The position numbers and the translations under genes were made by a program. A stretch of 32,000 nt of DNA, taken from assembly GCF_035285525.1 (NCBI RefSeq), contig NZ_JAYKGW010000031.1:7598-39597 (forward strand), written 5' to 3'. This document shows, piece by piece, positions 17,745 through 27,557 of the stretch; the stretch's first letter is position 1, and each line of letters begins with the position of its first letter. The notes under the pieces were generated by a model, which saw nothing but the letters and a program-made list of their open reading frames with translations, was not told the DNA's origin and ran no database searches. This DNA comes from Okeania sp. Its GTDB lineage: Bacteria > Cyanobacteriota > Cyanobacteriia > Cyanobacteriales > Microcoleaceae.

Positions 17745-18496
17745 ATTTTTAAGTTATTGGAATTTTTTCTATAATGGTGATAATTATAAGGTAGTGCTTT
17801 AGTTACTAAAAAACATAATTGGGTACATCTCATACTTATAGCCATAAGAAATCATTCGTCAGAAAAAACTGTAGGGGTTTGGTCTCCAAATCCCTTGGCG
17901 CTTTGCTTTGGAAAGCAAAACCCTACCATAAAATCTTACAATTTAATTAGGGCTGGCTGATTAAATCTAAAAGCATTGACAGATAAATGTTTGCATAATT
18001 TTAGGGGCTGATTTCTCGGGAACCGTAAAAGTACCAAATTTTGAGTTGATTGAACAGAAAAAGTGAGGACTTTATGATAATTATAACAGGAAAACTAAGG
18101 GGGGATTATGAATAACCACTTCTTCTACAACTGCCCGTTTTTCCTAACTCTTCACTACTCCCTACTCCCTATTCCCTAACCTAACCATCAGACTAAAGAA
18201 GCGCAAACCCTAATTAGAATTTCTATATTTGCAAAAATACTTTTTTTCTATTCTCTCCATACCTATTCCCAGTTAAGTTTTCCCTGTTTCCTATTCCCTA
18301 AAAGCAAAAAAATTTTCGCTTTTTTCAAAATTGAGATGCACCCAGAGAATTGGGGTTTGCTTATGGAAAATATTTTTGTTAACGTAGGAAATAGGCAGTA
18401 GTGAAGAGTCAAGTCAGTTGATGTCGTTCTGAAAATTTTGTTACAAAAGCAAACATTTTAACACCAATTTAACTTTTGAATGTTTACTTGAGCTAA

Positions 18497-18559
18497 TGTG
18501 ATAAATGATTAATTGGTGTGATATATATCACCAAAACTGAAGCTGTTTATCACAGTGAT
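18497..18559. promoter_or_regulatory. Cluster of CRP-family-like TGTGA/TCACA half-sites, including a near-perfect TGTGA-N6-TCAC palindrome
   Basis: tgtgatatatatcacc at 18517-18532 fits TGTGA-N6-TCACA in 9 of 10 positions. A weaker site, tgtgataaatgattaa, lies at 18497-18512. The palindrome atcacagtgat lies at 18549-18559. All are 50-115 bp upstream of the ATG at 18612. Confidence 0.4.
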
Positions 18560-18611
18560 TAAATTTTTAAGAAGTAATACTTAAGATACTGATATACAAT
18601 AATTAGGTTTT

Positions 18612-18818
18612 ATGGGATATTCACATCAAACTCTTTTACCGGAAGTAGTTATTACAGACTTAGTATTCCAAGTTTATCGATCTGGTATCTTGACTCGAGA
18701 ACAAAGAAAGCAACTTAGAAGTCTATTTTTACACCATAGTCTCAGTGAAGAAGATACAACAGCAATTAATAGATTACTTCATGCAGTTCGTCGTGGATGG
18801 TTCAAAGTTGCTGATTAA
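18612..18818 (+). CDS. Small conserved-looking hypothetical protein (68 aa)
   Basis: ATG start. The sequence looks protein-like and ends ...TAINRLLHAVRRGWFKVAD, a tail I recall from small cyanobacterial ORFs. No family name can be given. Confidence 0.5.
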   Translation: MGYSHQTLLPEVVITDLVFQVYRSGILTREQRKQLRSLFLHHSLSEEDTTAINRLLHAVRRGWFKVAD

Positions 18819-19363
18819 AACTTTGCTATGGTATAGCAATCCTATTTTATTGGTCTACAAAATTAATTGCATTGCTTTTAGGGAATAAGGAACAGATAAC
18901 AGGTGAGATTTTCAGTTTTTTTAGTTACTTTTTAATTTGTCACAGTCTATTGAGGATTGCGATATTTTGCTTGACTAATCAAAAAGGAGATAAAGTGAAT
19001 AGATTGTATTTTAATTTCAATTTTTTATTCACTGACGACTTCCTTTGTGCCTCAATAATTTCATCCTGGTCATTTCAGTTATCAGTTTCTATCGCTGTTT
19101 GCGCAGCATTGCGCAGGAAAGCCTTGTGCTTGAAATACTAAAGTTTATTTTTTTCATCCCCTTGCGACGCAGTCAAGAGGAGACTGGATATCTTATTTTT
19201 TTGTGAAAGATACCAAATAGTTTTTATATAGAAATAGAAAACAATATTATATTATAATACATTATATGCCCTTTTTATGTGTAAGTTTTGATAAGTTGAG
19301 AAAAAACAGTGTTTTTGGGTAAAATTAACTCAATTGTTTTTACCATTATTTTCACATTCACAA

Positions 19364-19891
19364 ATGAGTGATATTTATATTTCTTGGCCAGAATATCATA
19401 AAGCAATTGAATGTTTAGCAGCAAAAATTTATGAATCTCAGTGGGAGTTTAATCAAATTGTATGTTTAGCTAGAGGGGGAGTAAGAGTAGGAGATATTCT
19501 TTCTCGTATCTTTGACAAGCCTTTAGCTATTCTTGCTGTTTCTTCTTATGGTGGTTTTCAAGGTAAAAAACGAGGTAATATCAAAATCGGTAAAAATTTG
19601 ACTATGACTACAGATGCTCTAGGTAGTCATATTTTGTTGGTTGATGATTTAGTGGATTCAGGAATTAGTATTAAAGAGTCTAAGGTTTGGCTACAAGATA
19701 ATTATACTCAAGAAATTCAAGAATTAAAAACTGCTGTTTTATGGTATAAGGCTTGCTCAATATTTGAGCCTAATTTCTATGTTGATTTTTTAAATGATAA
19801 TCCTTGGATTCATCAACCTTTTGAGAAATATGAACACATTAATCCTGTTGATTTAACTTTAGACAAAAAAAGTTTATTAATTAATAATTAG
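19364..19891 (+). CDS. Phosphoribosyltransferase, xanthine-guanine PRT (Gpt)-like
   Basis: The segments ISWPEYHKAIECLAAKI and IVCLARGGVRVGDILSR, the PRPP loop ILLVDDLVDSGIS, and NPWIHQPFE follow the Gpt-like layout. I prefer the ATG at 19364 over the TTG at 19334. Confidence 0.8.
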   Translation: MSDIYISWPEYHKAIECLAAKIYESQWEFNQIVCLARGGVRVGDILSRIFDKPLAILAVSSYGGFQGKKRGNIKIGKNLTMTTDALGSHILLVDDLVDSGISIKESKVWLQDNYTQEIQELKTAVLWYKACSIFEPNFYVDFLNDNPWIHQPFEKYEHINPVDLTLDKKSLLINN

Positions 19892-20261
19892 GGAACAAGA
19901 AACAGGGAACAGTTTCAATTTAAACCTTTCTTTTCCTTTTACTTACAAGTCCCTTCTTGCTTCTAAAATGTAACTAGGGTTTACTGCCAAAGGTTACAGC
20001 CCTTACAGGTACTAATCAAGTACCAGCTTTTAGATGATTTCGGTACGGTACGGTTCCCGAAAAATCGTTACAAAATCATCTATTCTAGGATTTTGGGCAT
20101 TTCGAGGGTTAGAAAATTAAGGGAAGATTGTTCTGGCTACCTCTTCTATGATTCTCATTCCCATACAGATTCTGGATTCTGGATTCTGGTTCCTCTCAAC
20201 CAAACATGATATTATAATTGCAGTCTGTTATTTTTTAATATCTATTTGTATTTTATTTCTT

Positions 20262-20615
20262 ATGTCTACTTCTAAACTAACTTTGAATTTGGTAGAGGGT
20301 TCTATATCTTTTGATTTTACTCCTGAAGCTGCAAAAAAGTTACAAAGTGCGATTGCTGAATTAATCCAACAATTAAAATCTGCTGCTGCTAAAACTGCTG
20401 CGGGGACTTCTGGTAAACCAACTCCACAAAAACCTACAGAATATCAGTATATAGGAGATGTATTTTTAGAAGTCTTTTGCAATCCTAATATTTGGCCTAG
20501 TCCTTTTGCTGCTAAATTATTAATTACTTTGCGAGATGAGCGAATTAGAATAACTACTGAAGCTGAACTTACTAGAGTTTATGATGATATTAATCAATAT
20601 TTAGATCAAGTATAG
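20262..20615 (+). CDS. Hypothetical protein (117 aa)
   Basis: From ATG 20262 the sequence is MSTSKLTLNLVEGSISFDFTPEAAKKLQSAIAELI...TEAELTRVYDDINQYLDQV. The upstream part of track ORF 20148.. reads through attctgg heptamer repeats and looks non-coding. Confidence 0.5.
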   Translation: MSTSKLTLNLVEGSISFDFTPEAAKKLQSAIAELIQQLKSAAAKTAAGTSGKPTPQKPTEYQYIGDVFLEVFCNPNIWPSPFAAKLLITLRDERIRITTEAELTRVYDDINQYLDQV

Positions 20616-20686
20616 CACTTAGGAATGATTTGTGAAAAAAAAATGTAGGGGTTTGGTCTCCAAACCTATATAACCATATAACTAAA

Positions 20687-21967
20687 ATGCTGAGTTTTCT
20701 ACCCAGAAAAGCAAAAAGAGTGGAATTAATAAAAAATAGCACTGTGCATTGTGAGTATCAACTTTCAAAATTTGATACTCACATGGGGGTTTGGCCGTAT
20801 TACGGTGTAATAAATTGGTATAAGCATCAAATAGATTCTCATAGATTAAAAATAGCAATTCAACAAATAGTAAATAGTGTACCAATTTTAGGAGGAAGAT
20901 TAGTAAGAAAATTGTTTTCGACCTTAAAAGTTGTCTGTAACCCACAAAAATCTGGTGTTGGTTTTATTGAAATTGATTTAGGGGAACAGGAAATAAATCT
21001 TGAGAATTTATTAGATGCCAAAAGTTATGTAAAAAATGAGTTTAATATTCCCAAAAATTCTTCAGATGCTATTAATCAAGATACTCCATTACTGTATGTG
21101 ATTTTGAATCATAATCAAAATTATTATGGTGTAAGTCTGCTGATCAATCATTTTATAGCAGATGGTGGAACATATTTTAAATTATTAGAATATCTTTCTC
21201 AAGCATATGAAGATACAGAATATGTTGCTAACTCTGAACCATTATTTACCATAGATTTTCAGAAAATAGATGACTTTATTGCGACAAATTTTAAAAAATT
21301 ATCATGGCAAGACAAAATTTTAAGTTCAACATCTTTTATTGTTTTTGTATTAAACAGTTTTTTTCAAAATCAGGATAACTGGAGTTATCTTGAATGTATT
21401 TTAACTAAAGAAAAGTTAGACTTAATTAAGAGGAATAGCAAAAATTTGTCTAACGAAGAAAGTGCATATAGCACAAACGATGCTTTATTTGAATTTTTAT
21501 CGGTTGTTCCGATTAAACGATTTATTTTTCTTTGTAATTTAAGATATAGAAATGTTGGCATACCTAAAAATTATTTAGGAAATGCTGAAGCTTTCGTTTT
21601 AGATTTAACTAAGCCAGAAAACAATTATATGTTAAAACATACTGATGTGAGAAAATCAGTAAATGAACTTCCGCGAATATACGGCTTCATATCTACTTTT
21701 GATGGCAAATACTTATGTCATAATTCTTGGGTTAAATTACAAAATTATTCACCTGGTTTTGGTGGTAAATTAATTTTCCAAAAGTTCTTTGAATTTGATG
21801 ATATACCCAAAGATTTTTTATCGTTTGCTTGTCAAAGTTCAGGAATATACAAATTGACTGAAAATCAATATTTATTGATATGTATCAATTTAAAAAATGT
21901 TGTTTCCCAAATAGAAAAGAAGTTAAAAAAAATGGGTGTAGAAGAGATTTTGATTAAAACATCCTAA
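20687..21967 (+). CDS. BAHD-like (HxxxD-motif) acyl-CoA-dependent acyltransferase, orphan
   Basis: 426 aa. Motif 1 is NHFIADGGTYF (H155..D159-G160, nt 21149-21166). Motif 2 is NLRYRNVGIPKNYLGNA (aa 284-300). Motif 3 is NSWVKLQNYSPGFGGK (aa 346-361, nt 21752-21769). These correspond in order and spacing to the BAHD HxxxDG, (N/D)xRxR...YFGN and SW....DFGWGK blocks. Confidence 0.7.
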   Translation: MLSFLPRKAKRVELIKNSTVHCEYQLSKFDTHMGVWPYYGVINWYKHQIDSHRLKIAIQQIVNSVPILGGRLVRKLFSTLKVVCNPQKSGVGFIEIDLGEQEINLENLLDAKSYVKNEFNIPKNSSDAINQDTPLLYVILNHNQNYYGVSLLINHFIADGGTYFKLLEYLSQAYEDTEYVANSEPLFTIDFQKIDDFIATNFKKLSWQDKILSSTSFIVFVLNSFFQNQDNWSYLECILTKEKLDLIKRNSKNLSNEESAYSTNDALFEFLSVVPIKRFIFLCNLRYRNVGIPKNYLGNAEAFVLDLTKPENNYMLKHTDVRKSVNELPRIYGFISTFDGKYLCHNSWVKLQNYSPGFGGKLIFQKFFEFDDIPKDFLSFACQSSGIYKLTENQYLLICINLKNVVSQIEKKLKKMGVEEILIKTS

Positions 21968-22578
21968 TCAAGTATATAGTCTTGGCAAATTAGGTATTCT
22001 TCAGAAATAAATTAGCTTTTAAATTGCCAGTTATTAAAATAGAAAATCTAGATTTAGCTAGAAAATAAAAATATAAGTGCTTATGCAAAAATAATTATAC
22101 ATTACTATTATATATCTTCAATCTTCATAAATAAATTATCACTTCTTTTCCCTGTTCCCTCTGTCAACTAGGAAATTAATTTTACATCACTACTTAGGGT
22201 TTACTGATTAAATATATAAAGAATTAGCCGATAAGAGTCAAAGCATTTTTAGAGCAAAAAAACTACCAAATTTTGCTTGACAAGATACGGTTCCCGAAAA
22301 ATAAAAAAGTTAGTATTTGAGCAAAAGTTGGGCAGAAAAATTATCTCTTAATTTTTCTGACTACCTCCTCTGTAACTCCCTATTTATCTTGATTTTTAAC
22401 TACTCCCTACCAAGTGCAAAAAGAATTTATTCAGCCAACCCTACTTAATACTTTACTAGAAAAAATATTCTCAAATAACTTTTCAGTTGCTTCTATCCGC
22501 GCTATATTACCAGTAAAGTATATTTCTCAATTTTAATAAAAGAGAAATTGTCATTTGATATTAAGAGAGCTTACAATT

Positions 22579-22974
22579 ATGAATCCTGAAGATCTGACCC
22601 AAATAGTACAAAAAGGATTTCGTGTCACCCTAGGTGCTACATCCTTTTTCTTTGAGACTTTGCAAGACTCTAGTAAACGGGATGAAAATTTGAATAAATT
22701 AAATTCTGATTTTAATCAACTAACTGAGGAGTGGGTTAAAAGAGGAGAAATGACTGAACAAGAAGCTCGAAACTTTGTTGATACAATTTTGAATCAACAA
22801 AATAGTCAAGTCAATGTTGACAGCACAACTTCTTCTTATTCTTCTTCCAACCCTGCTTCTAATTCTGGTATTGTAGAATCAGATATACAAAGAGATTTGT
22901 TAGAACTAACTAAAGAAATAGCAAATCTACGGGCTGATTTACAAAAATATCAGGAGTCAGAGTCTCAGAGTTAA
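22579..22974 (+). CDS. Hypothetical protein with helical ends and a Ser-rich low-complexity middle
   Basis: I prefer the ATG at 22579 over the TTG at 22555. It reads MNPEDLTQIVQKGFRVTLGATSFFFETLQD... and ends LLELTKEIANLRADLQKYQESESQS. It is followed by an intrinsic terminator at 23103-23149. Confidence 0.5.
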   Translation: MNPEDLTQIVQKGFRVTLGATSFFFETLQDSSKRDENLNKLNSDFNQLTEEWVKRGEMTEQEARNFVDTILNQQNSQVNVDSTTSSYSSSNPASNSGIVESDIQRDLLELTKEIANLRADLQKYQESESQS

Positions 22975-23102
22975 ATTTATTTTAAAATTGTTTCTGCAAA
23001 TAAAAAAAATATTTGACACATTATAACACCCCGATCTATATGTGTCTTATATGCTTATTCAGCTATTAATTAAAGTTCTGAAAAAGTAGGATAAATTATA
23101 TT

Positions 23103-23149
23103 GCCTAACCTAGATAAAAATCTATTTAACTGGGTTAGGCTTTTCTTTT
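23103..23149 (+). terminator. Rho-independent terminator between convergent genes
   Basis: An 11-bp stem, gcctaacctag / ctgggttaggc (one G-U pair), has a 16-nt loop and is followed by ttttctttt. Confidence 0.6.
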
Positions 23150-23372
23150 AGTCGTTGTCCCATTGTTCACTACCTATAAGGTCAGCAATTCGATCTCTGA
23201 GTAGAAAATTACACTGTTCTAACTCACCCTCTACACAGGCCCATTCCCTGGCCGGAATATACTGGCAAAGAGTATAAATAGGTTGCTGACGACTGAGAAC
23301 TCCTTTCTGTACAAGTTCTAATGCTTCGTCCCTAATGATATCTAATGAATATTGAACTGTGGTGTAAGTCAT
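23148..23372 (-). CDS. Small cyanobacterial conserved protein (recalled as DUF4327-like)
   Basis: 74 aa. YSLDIIRDEALELVQKGVLSRQQPIYTLCQYIPAREWACVEGELEQCNFLLRDRIADLI matches my memory of a cyanobacteria-restricted family of about 70 aa. The family name is unverified. Confidence 0.6.
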   Translation of the reverse strand: MTYTTVQYSLDIIRDEALELVQKGVLSRQQPIYTLCQYIPAREWACVEGELEQCNFLLRDRIADLIGSEQWDND

Positions 23373-23684
23373 GGTTATCCCCTGGACCTAGCTTAAGTGG
23401 TTTTCTCTGATACTAATAATATAAAGCAAAATAAATAATTCTGTGTGTTATTTTTTTCAGTATATACAGTTACAATTTTTTCTATTTTTTAGATAAGTAT
23501 TCTAAAAGTTATGAGACCAACACATTGTCTATAGTGTTGGCCTAAATTGCATCTATATACTTTAAATTTGTGCCCATTAGCGAGTTAATTTCAGATTTTT
23601 CTGGTCTTTTCACCTCAAAAAATGTTATCCGCATTATCACTTTGATTGGATTTTGTCAAAAATTAGGTAACATTTTGTGATGTT

Positions 23685-25280
23685 TTAGAGAGAAGATAGG
23701 AAATCTGGAAATAAAATTTCTAGAGCAATAGCTTGAGCTTTTGGCATTTGTCCATAACAAAATATATAGGGTATCTCTGATAAAAGTTCTGCTGAAAACT
23801 GTTTCAGAGTATATTGACTACCGTATATGATTAGACCTTGGAGTTCACCATTTTTTAATAATTTCTTAACCAAATCATCTGCTAATTGTGTTAGGCTGGC
23901 AGACTTACCGAAAGGATTGCCACGAATAAATAGTTGCAGTAAAGTCGAGCCATGAGAGGTAAAGTTGGGGAGGGCTTCAGAATTATTATCAATTAGATGT
24001 GGTTGATAACCATATTTTTGGGGAATAGCGATCGCTGGAGTATGATTACCTAAAAAAGGAGTGTTAAGTAAATCCTGTACCACTATTAAATTGCGTAAAT
24101 GATTATTATTTTTGCTAGGAGTAAGAGAACCTCCTGCTGCTTGGATAGAATCTTGTAAAATTTGAGCTACAGTTTCTTGTGCTTTTGGTTGAGCTAACTT
24201 TTCAACTAAATTATATGTAGGAGATGAGGAATAATCTGATATTTTTTCGTCTCCAGGTTGCCAAGTAGGATATACTTTCCTTTTAGCTTGCCAAATTCTC
24301 TCTAAAGACTCATCAATTCGCGATTCAGAAATCCGGCCTTGAGTCACCGCATCACAAACAGCATTAATTGTCACCTCCGCATCTAAAGGCATCAACAAAA
24401 TATCTGCACCAGCTTCCACAGCTAAAACAGAAGCCTCCGCCAAACCATAACCATTAGCGATCGCCCCCATCACCAAAGCATCAGTTACAACCAACCCATC
24501 AAAACCCAAATTTTGACGTAATTGACCTGTAATAATTTTATGGGATAAAGTAGCAGGTAGTTCCTCATCCCAGGACGGAATTAATAAATGGGCACTCATT
24601 ACAGAATCTACCCCAGCAGCGATCGCCTCCCTAAAAGGAGGTAACTCAACCTCTGCTAATCTATTCTCCCAATGAGGTATAACTGGTAAATCAAAATGAG
24701 AATCAACTCCCGTATCCCCATGACCAGGAAAATGTTTGGCAGTAGTTAAAACTTGATATTCTTGAGCGCCTCCAATAAAAGCCCTTGCCAACTGACCAAC
24801 TAACTCCGTCGTTTCTCCAAAAGCCCGAATATTAATCACTGGGTTATCAGGATTATTATTCACATCTACCACTGGAGCTAATACCCAATTTAAACCAATA
24901 GCCATAGCTTCTTGAGCTGTAATAGCGCCCATAGTTTCTGCATATTTTTGCGCTTTTGTCAAGTCAGTTTTAGCAATAGCAGCGATCGCCATTGGTGGGG
25001 GGAACCAAGTTGCCCCAGCAAACCTTTGACCAACTCCTTCCTCAATATCAGCAGCTAATAGCAAAGGAATTTTTGCCCAAGACTGGAGTTGTTGAATGCG
25101 AGTTGCCAAGTCTACAGTACTCCCATCCACAAAAATTACTCCTCCAACACCCAAGTCTTGTAGCCAATATTTGAGCTTGTGAATAGGGGGTTCCCAGACT
25201 GGATAACGAATTTGATTGTCAAATAAATACCCAGATGCTCTTACTACGACCATCTGAGCTACTTTTTCTTTTAAATTCAT
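23685..25280 (-). CDS. nagZ: Glycoside hydrolase family 3, beta-N-acetylhexosaminidase (NagZ-like)
   Basis: The segments KVAQMVVVRASG, AADIEEGVGQR, NWVLAPVVDVNNNPDNPVINIRAFG, KHFPGHGDTGVDSH and VVTDALVMGAI are GH3 N-terminal domain hallmarks. 531 aa with a C-terminal extension. Confidence 0.85.
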   Translation of the reverse strand: MNLKEKVAQMVVVRASGYLFDNQIRYPVWEPPIHKLKYWLQDLGVGGVIFVDGSTVDLATRIQQLQSWAKIPLLLAADIEEGVGQRFAGATWFPPPMAIAAIAKTDLTKAQKYAETMGAITAQEAMAIGLNWVLAPVVDVNNNPDNPVINIRAFGETTELVGQLARAFIGGAQEYQVLTTAKHFPGHGDTGVDSHFDLPVIPHWENRLAEVELPPFREAIAAGVDSVMSAHLLIPSWDEELPATLSHKIITGQLRQNLGFDGLVVTDALVMGAIANGYGLAEASVLAVEAGADILLMPLDAEVTINAVCDAVTQGRISESRIDESLERIWQAKRKVYPTWQPGDEKISDYSSSPTYNLVEKLAQPKAQETVAQILQDSIQAAGGSLTPSKNNNHLRNLIVVQDLLNTPFLGNHTPAIAIPQKYGYQPHLIDNNSEALPNFTSHGSTLLQLFIRGNPFGKSASLTQLADDLVKKLLKNGELQGLIIYGSQYTLKQFSAELLSEIPYIFCYGQMPKAQAIALEILFPDFLSSL

Positions 25281-25750
25281 AATTTCAGTAAGAGTAAATT
25301 TAGAAATAGGTTATATAATTTCTGGTTAGGTAGTCCTAAATAGCAATGGTATGAAGTAAAAAGGAATGATTAGTAGAGGAGTAAAGGAGTAGGAGAGCAA
25401 AATTTAGGTTGGGTTGAGGAACGAAACCCAACCTAAATCTGGGTTTCTGTGTTCAGCTATGTAAGTTTTGCTAAAAATATCAATCTATTATTTCTACTTA
25501 AGACTTGCTGAATTATTTATCAAAGCATTGAAATTCTAAAGTTTTAGCATTTTTAGGTCAAAAAAATTACGAAATTTTCCCCTGAAAAAGCTGAAAAAAT
25601 TAGTATTTGGGCAAAAAAGGGGAAGAAAAATCAAGGGATAATTTTTCCGATTTATTCGGGAACCGTCTAACTTCCTTTTTTCTCTACCGACAATAAATAG
25701 ACCCTGCTTGAAAGGGGAGGTGTTTAACCTGAATAATTATTAATTATTAA

Positions 25751-26137
25751 TTATTCTGTAATATCTTCTGTTTCCTGTTCTTGGCGTTCCTGGGAAAGTT
25801 TGTTTAACAGTGATATAATTTCAGTCCCACGCTCTAGGGAACGGTCTTCAATAAAAATAATTTCTGGAGTTCGACGTAGACGTATTCTATGGCCTAACTC
25901 ACTACGGACATAGCCAGTAGCAGATCTTAGACCTGCCATAGTTTCCGACCTTACCTGGTCAGAGCCATAGATACTTACAAATATTTTAGCGTGTTGTAAG
26001 TCTCCAGAAATATCTACATCTGTGACACTAACCATACCAGTACCTACACGGTTATCTTTGACACCATGGAGCAACATCTGGCTGATTTCCTGCTTTATTA
26101 ATGAAGCAACCCGGGAAATGCGACGACCTGTAGCCAT
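25751..26137 (-). CDS. rbfA: Ribosome-binding factor A
   Basis: The segments [64 protein letters not shown] and EDRSLERG are canonical RbfA. Confidence 0.92.
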   Translation of the reverse strand: MATGRRISRVASLIKQEISQMLLHGVKDNRVGTGMVSVTDVDISGDLQHAKIFVSIYGSDQVRSETMAGLRSATGYVRSELGHRIRLRRTPEIIFIEDRSLERGTEIISLLNKLSQERQEQETEDITE

Positions 26138-26222
26138 GATTATTACCCTCTAAACTTGATTTCACTAAATCTATATTAATCCCTTTGTTAAACTTATGAC
26201 AGCTTATTATTAGGAATAAAAA

Positions 26223-26510
26223 ATGGAGAATGATTTTTTTATTGGCCAGAAAGTCAGATTAGTGGTTCAGCCACCATACATTAAAACTGCTGAATCAATG
26301 CCTATATTACGTCCTCCTAATGTAGTGCGTTTGGGTGAATTAGGAACTATTTTAAGTTGTAAATCAGAAAATTATTGGACAGTTCGTTTCAAAAAAGGAG
26401 CATTTCTAATAGATAGTCAATATATAGAAGCCGTGGCAGTTGATTCAGAAACTGCCCAGCTAAATCATAGCAATGAAGATAGGGATAAAATAACTCCGTC
26501 TTTGGAATAG
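26223..26510 (+). CDS. DUF3148 / SipA-like small SH3-fold protein
   Basis: IGQKVRLVVQPPYIKTAESMPILRPPNVVRLGELGTIL...YWTVRFKKGAFLIDSQYIE matches the conserved cyanobacterial/plant family that includes the NblS-interacting protein SipA. The assignment is from memory. Confidence 0.7.
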   Translation: MENDFFIGQKVRLVVQPPYIKTAESMPILRPPNVVRLGELGTILSCKSENYWTVRFKKGAFLIDSQYIEAVAVDSETAQLNHSNEDRDKITPSLE

Positions 26511-26515
26511 TAGAT

Positions 26516-27058
26516 TTATTGTAGCAGTTCTTCTAGATTGCCAATAGCTTCTTGAACTTTTCCTACTATTTCGTTAATCTTAGCTAGATTTATGTACATA
26601 TCTGTAGTAGGATATTTTTCCATAATCTCTAGTATTGATATTCGGTTATCATCTATTGCGGCTAAAATAATTGCTGAACGCAGGGCTTTATCACTTTCCT
26701 TGTCGTATCTAGTTTGAACTACTTCACTTATTGCTTTGGTAATATTTTGGCCACGCTCACTATATAAGACTTTGGCTAGTTTAGCGATATCAGCTCCTAT
26801 TTCTAATGACATTATGCCACGAATTGTCTTAGGATTGATATCTTTTGATGCGGCCAGGGCTTGTCTAATTGTCTTGGTAGTTTCACCTGTCTCTGCAAAT
26901 CTTCGTAAGTCCTTAACTTTGACCGATGCCTGTATTGGGCCAGTTATATCTATGACGACTTTGCTAGCTGCGATCGCGCTTTGAGAGGAAAATATTACTC
27001 CACTTATAGTCCCGAAAATGGCTAATGAACTACGGGACAAGAGATTTGATAGTTGCAT
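26516..27058 (-). CDS. DUF1400-like secreted protein
   Basis: A signal peptide ending AIAAS is followed by VKVKDLRRFAETGETT, then YSERGQNITKAISEVVQT, then ALRSAIILAAIDDNRISILEIMEKYPTTDMYINL. This resembles the cyanobacterial DUF1400 domain, which is often the N-terminus of alpha/beta hydrolases. Confidence 0.6.
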   Translation of the reverse strand: MQLSNLLSRSSLAIFGTISGVIFSSQSAIAASKVVIDITGPIQASVKVKDLRRFAETGETTKTIRQALAASKDINPKTIRGIMSLEIGADIAKLAKVLYSERGQNITKAISEVVQTRYDKESDKALRSAIILAAIDDNRISILEIMEKYPTTDMYINLAKINEIVGKVQEAIGNLEELLQ

Positions 27059-27557
27059 GGTTAATTAATACTGAATTAGATTTTAATCTAAGGTTTCTAA
27101 ATATTTAATTGATTATAAATTATTTGTCAAGCTATTTGAATAATGGATAATGGATAATTGATAATTATAGTTGTTTAACTTAAACTGGAGAGTACAAAGT
27201 TTTCCTAAAAAAATATTTGCTTTCAAGGTTAAACTATTACTAGCAGATGCTTAAACAACCGACAATTCTCAATAGAAAGTTGGTAACTTTTAAATAGCTA
27301 AAAGACTTAGCTAGCAATAGTTATTCCTAAAATTTTGCACTGTCTAGTATAAGAATGAGACAAATATTTCTTCCTATGAAAGGATTTCAGCCGAAAAGGT
27401 GTTTCATCCTTAAGTTAAATGACTATATAGAGAGTTAAAAAAAACTATAGCGCTATAGTTTTGAGTTCTATATCTATGGTCTATGTGTAAGTCCTATATT
27501 AATTATTAATTATTCAATAACATAATAATTTTTGCGGATAGTATAGATATTAAATAG

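Noticed and set aside
18872-19141. Track ORF 18872..19141 as a gene
   Set aside because: It starts at a TTG and encodes a Phe/Leu/Ile/Cys-rich nonsense-like peptide. It ends inside dispersed repeats (cagttatcag, gcgcagcattgcgcagg).
20682-20945. Antisense ORF 20682..20945 (-), and other short antisense ORFs (2686..2892, 3185..3376, 4663..4899, 13332..13556, 14488..14727, 14860..15096, 15559..15795, 16813..17031, 17240..17458, 24992..25174, 26736..26984, 30803..31018)
   Set aside because: Each lies largely or entirely within or opposite a longer ORF with clear family signatures, or within repeats. Long antisense frames are expected by chance in AT-rich coding DNA.
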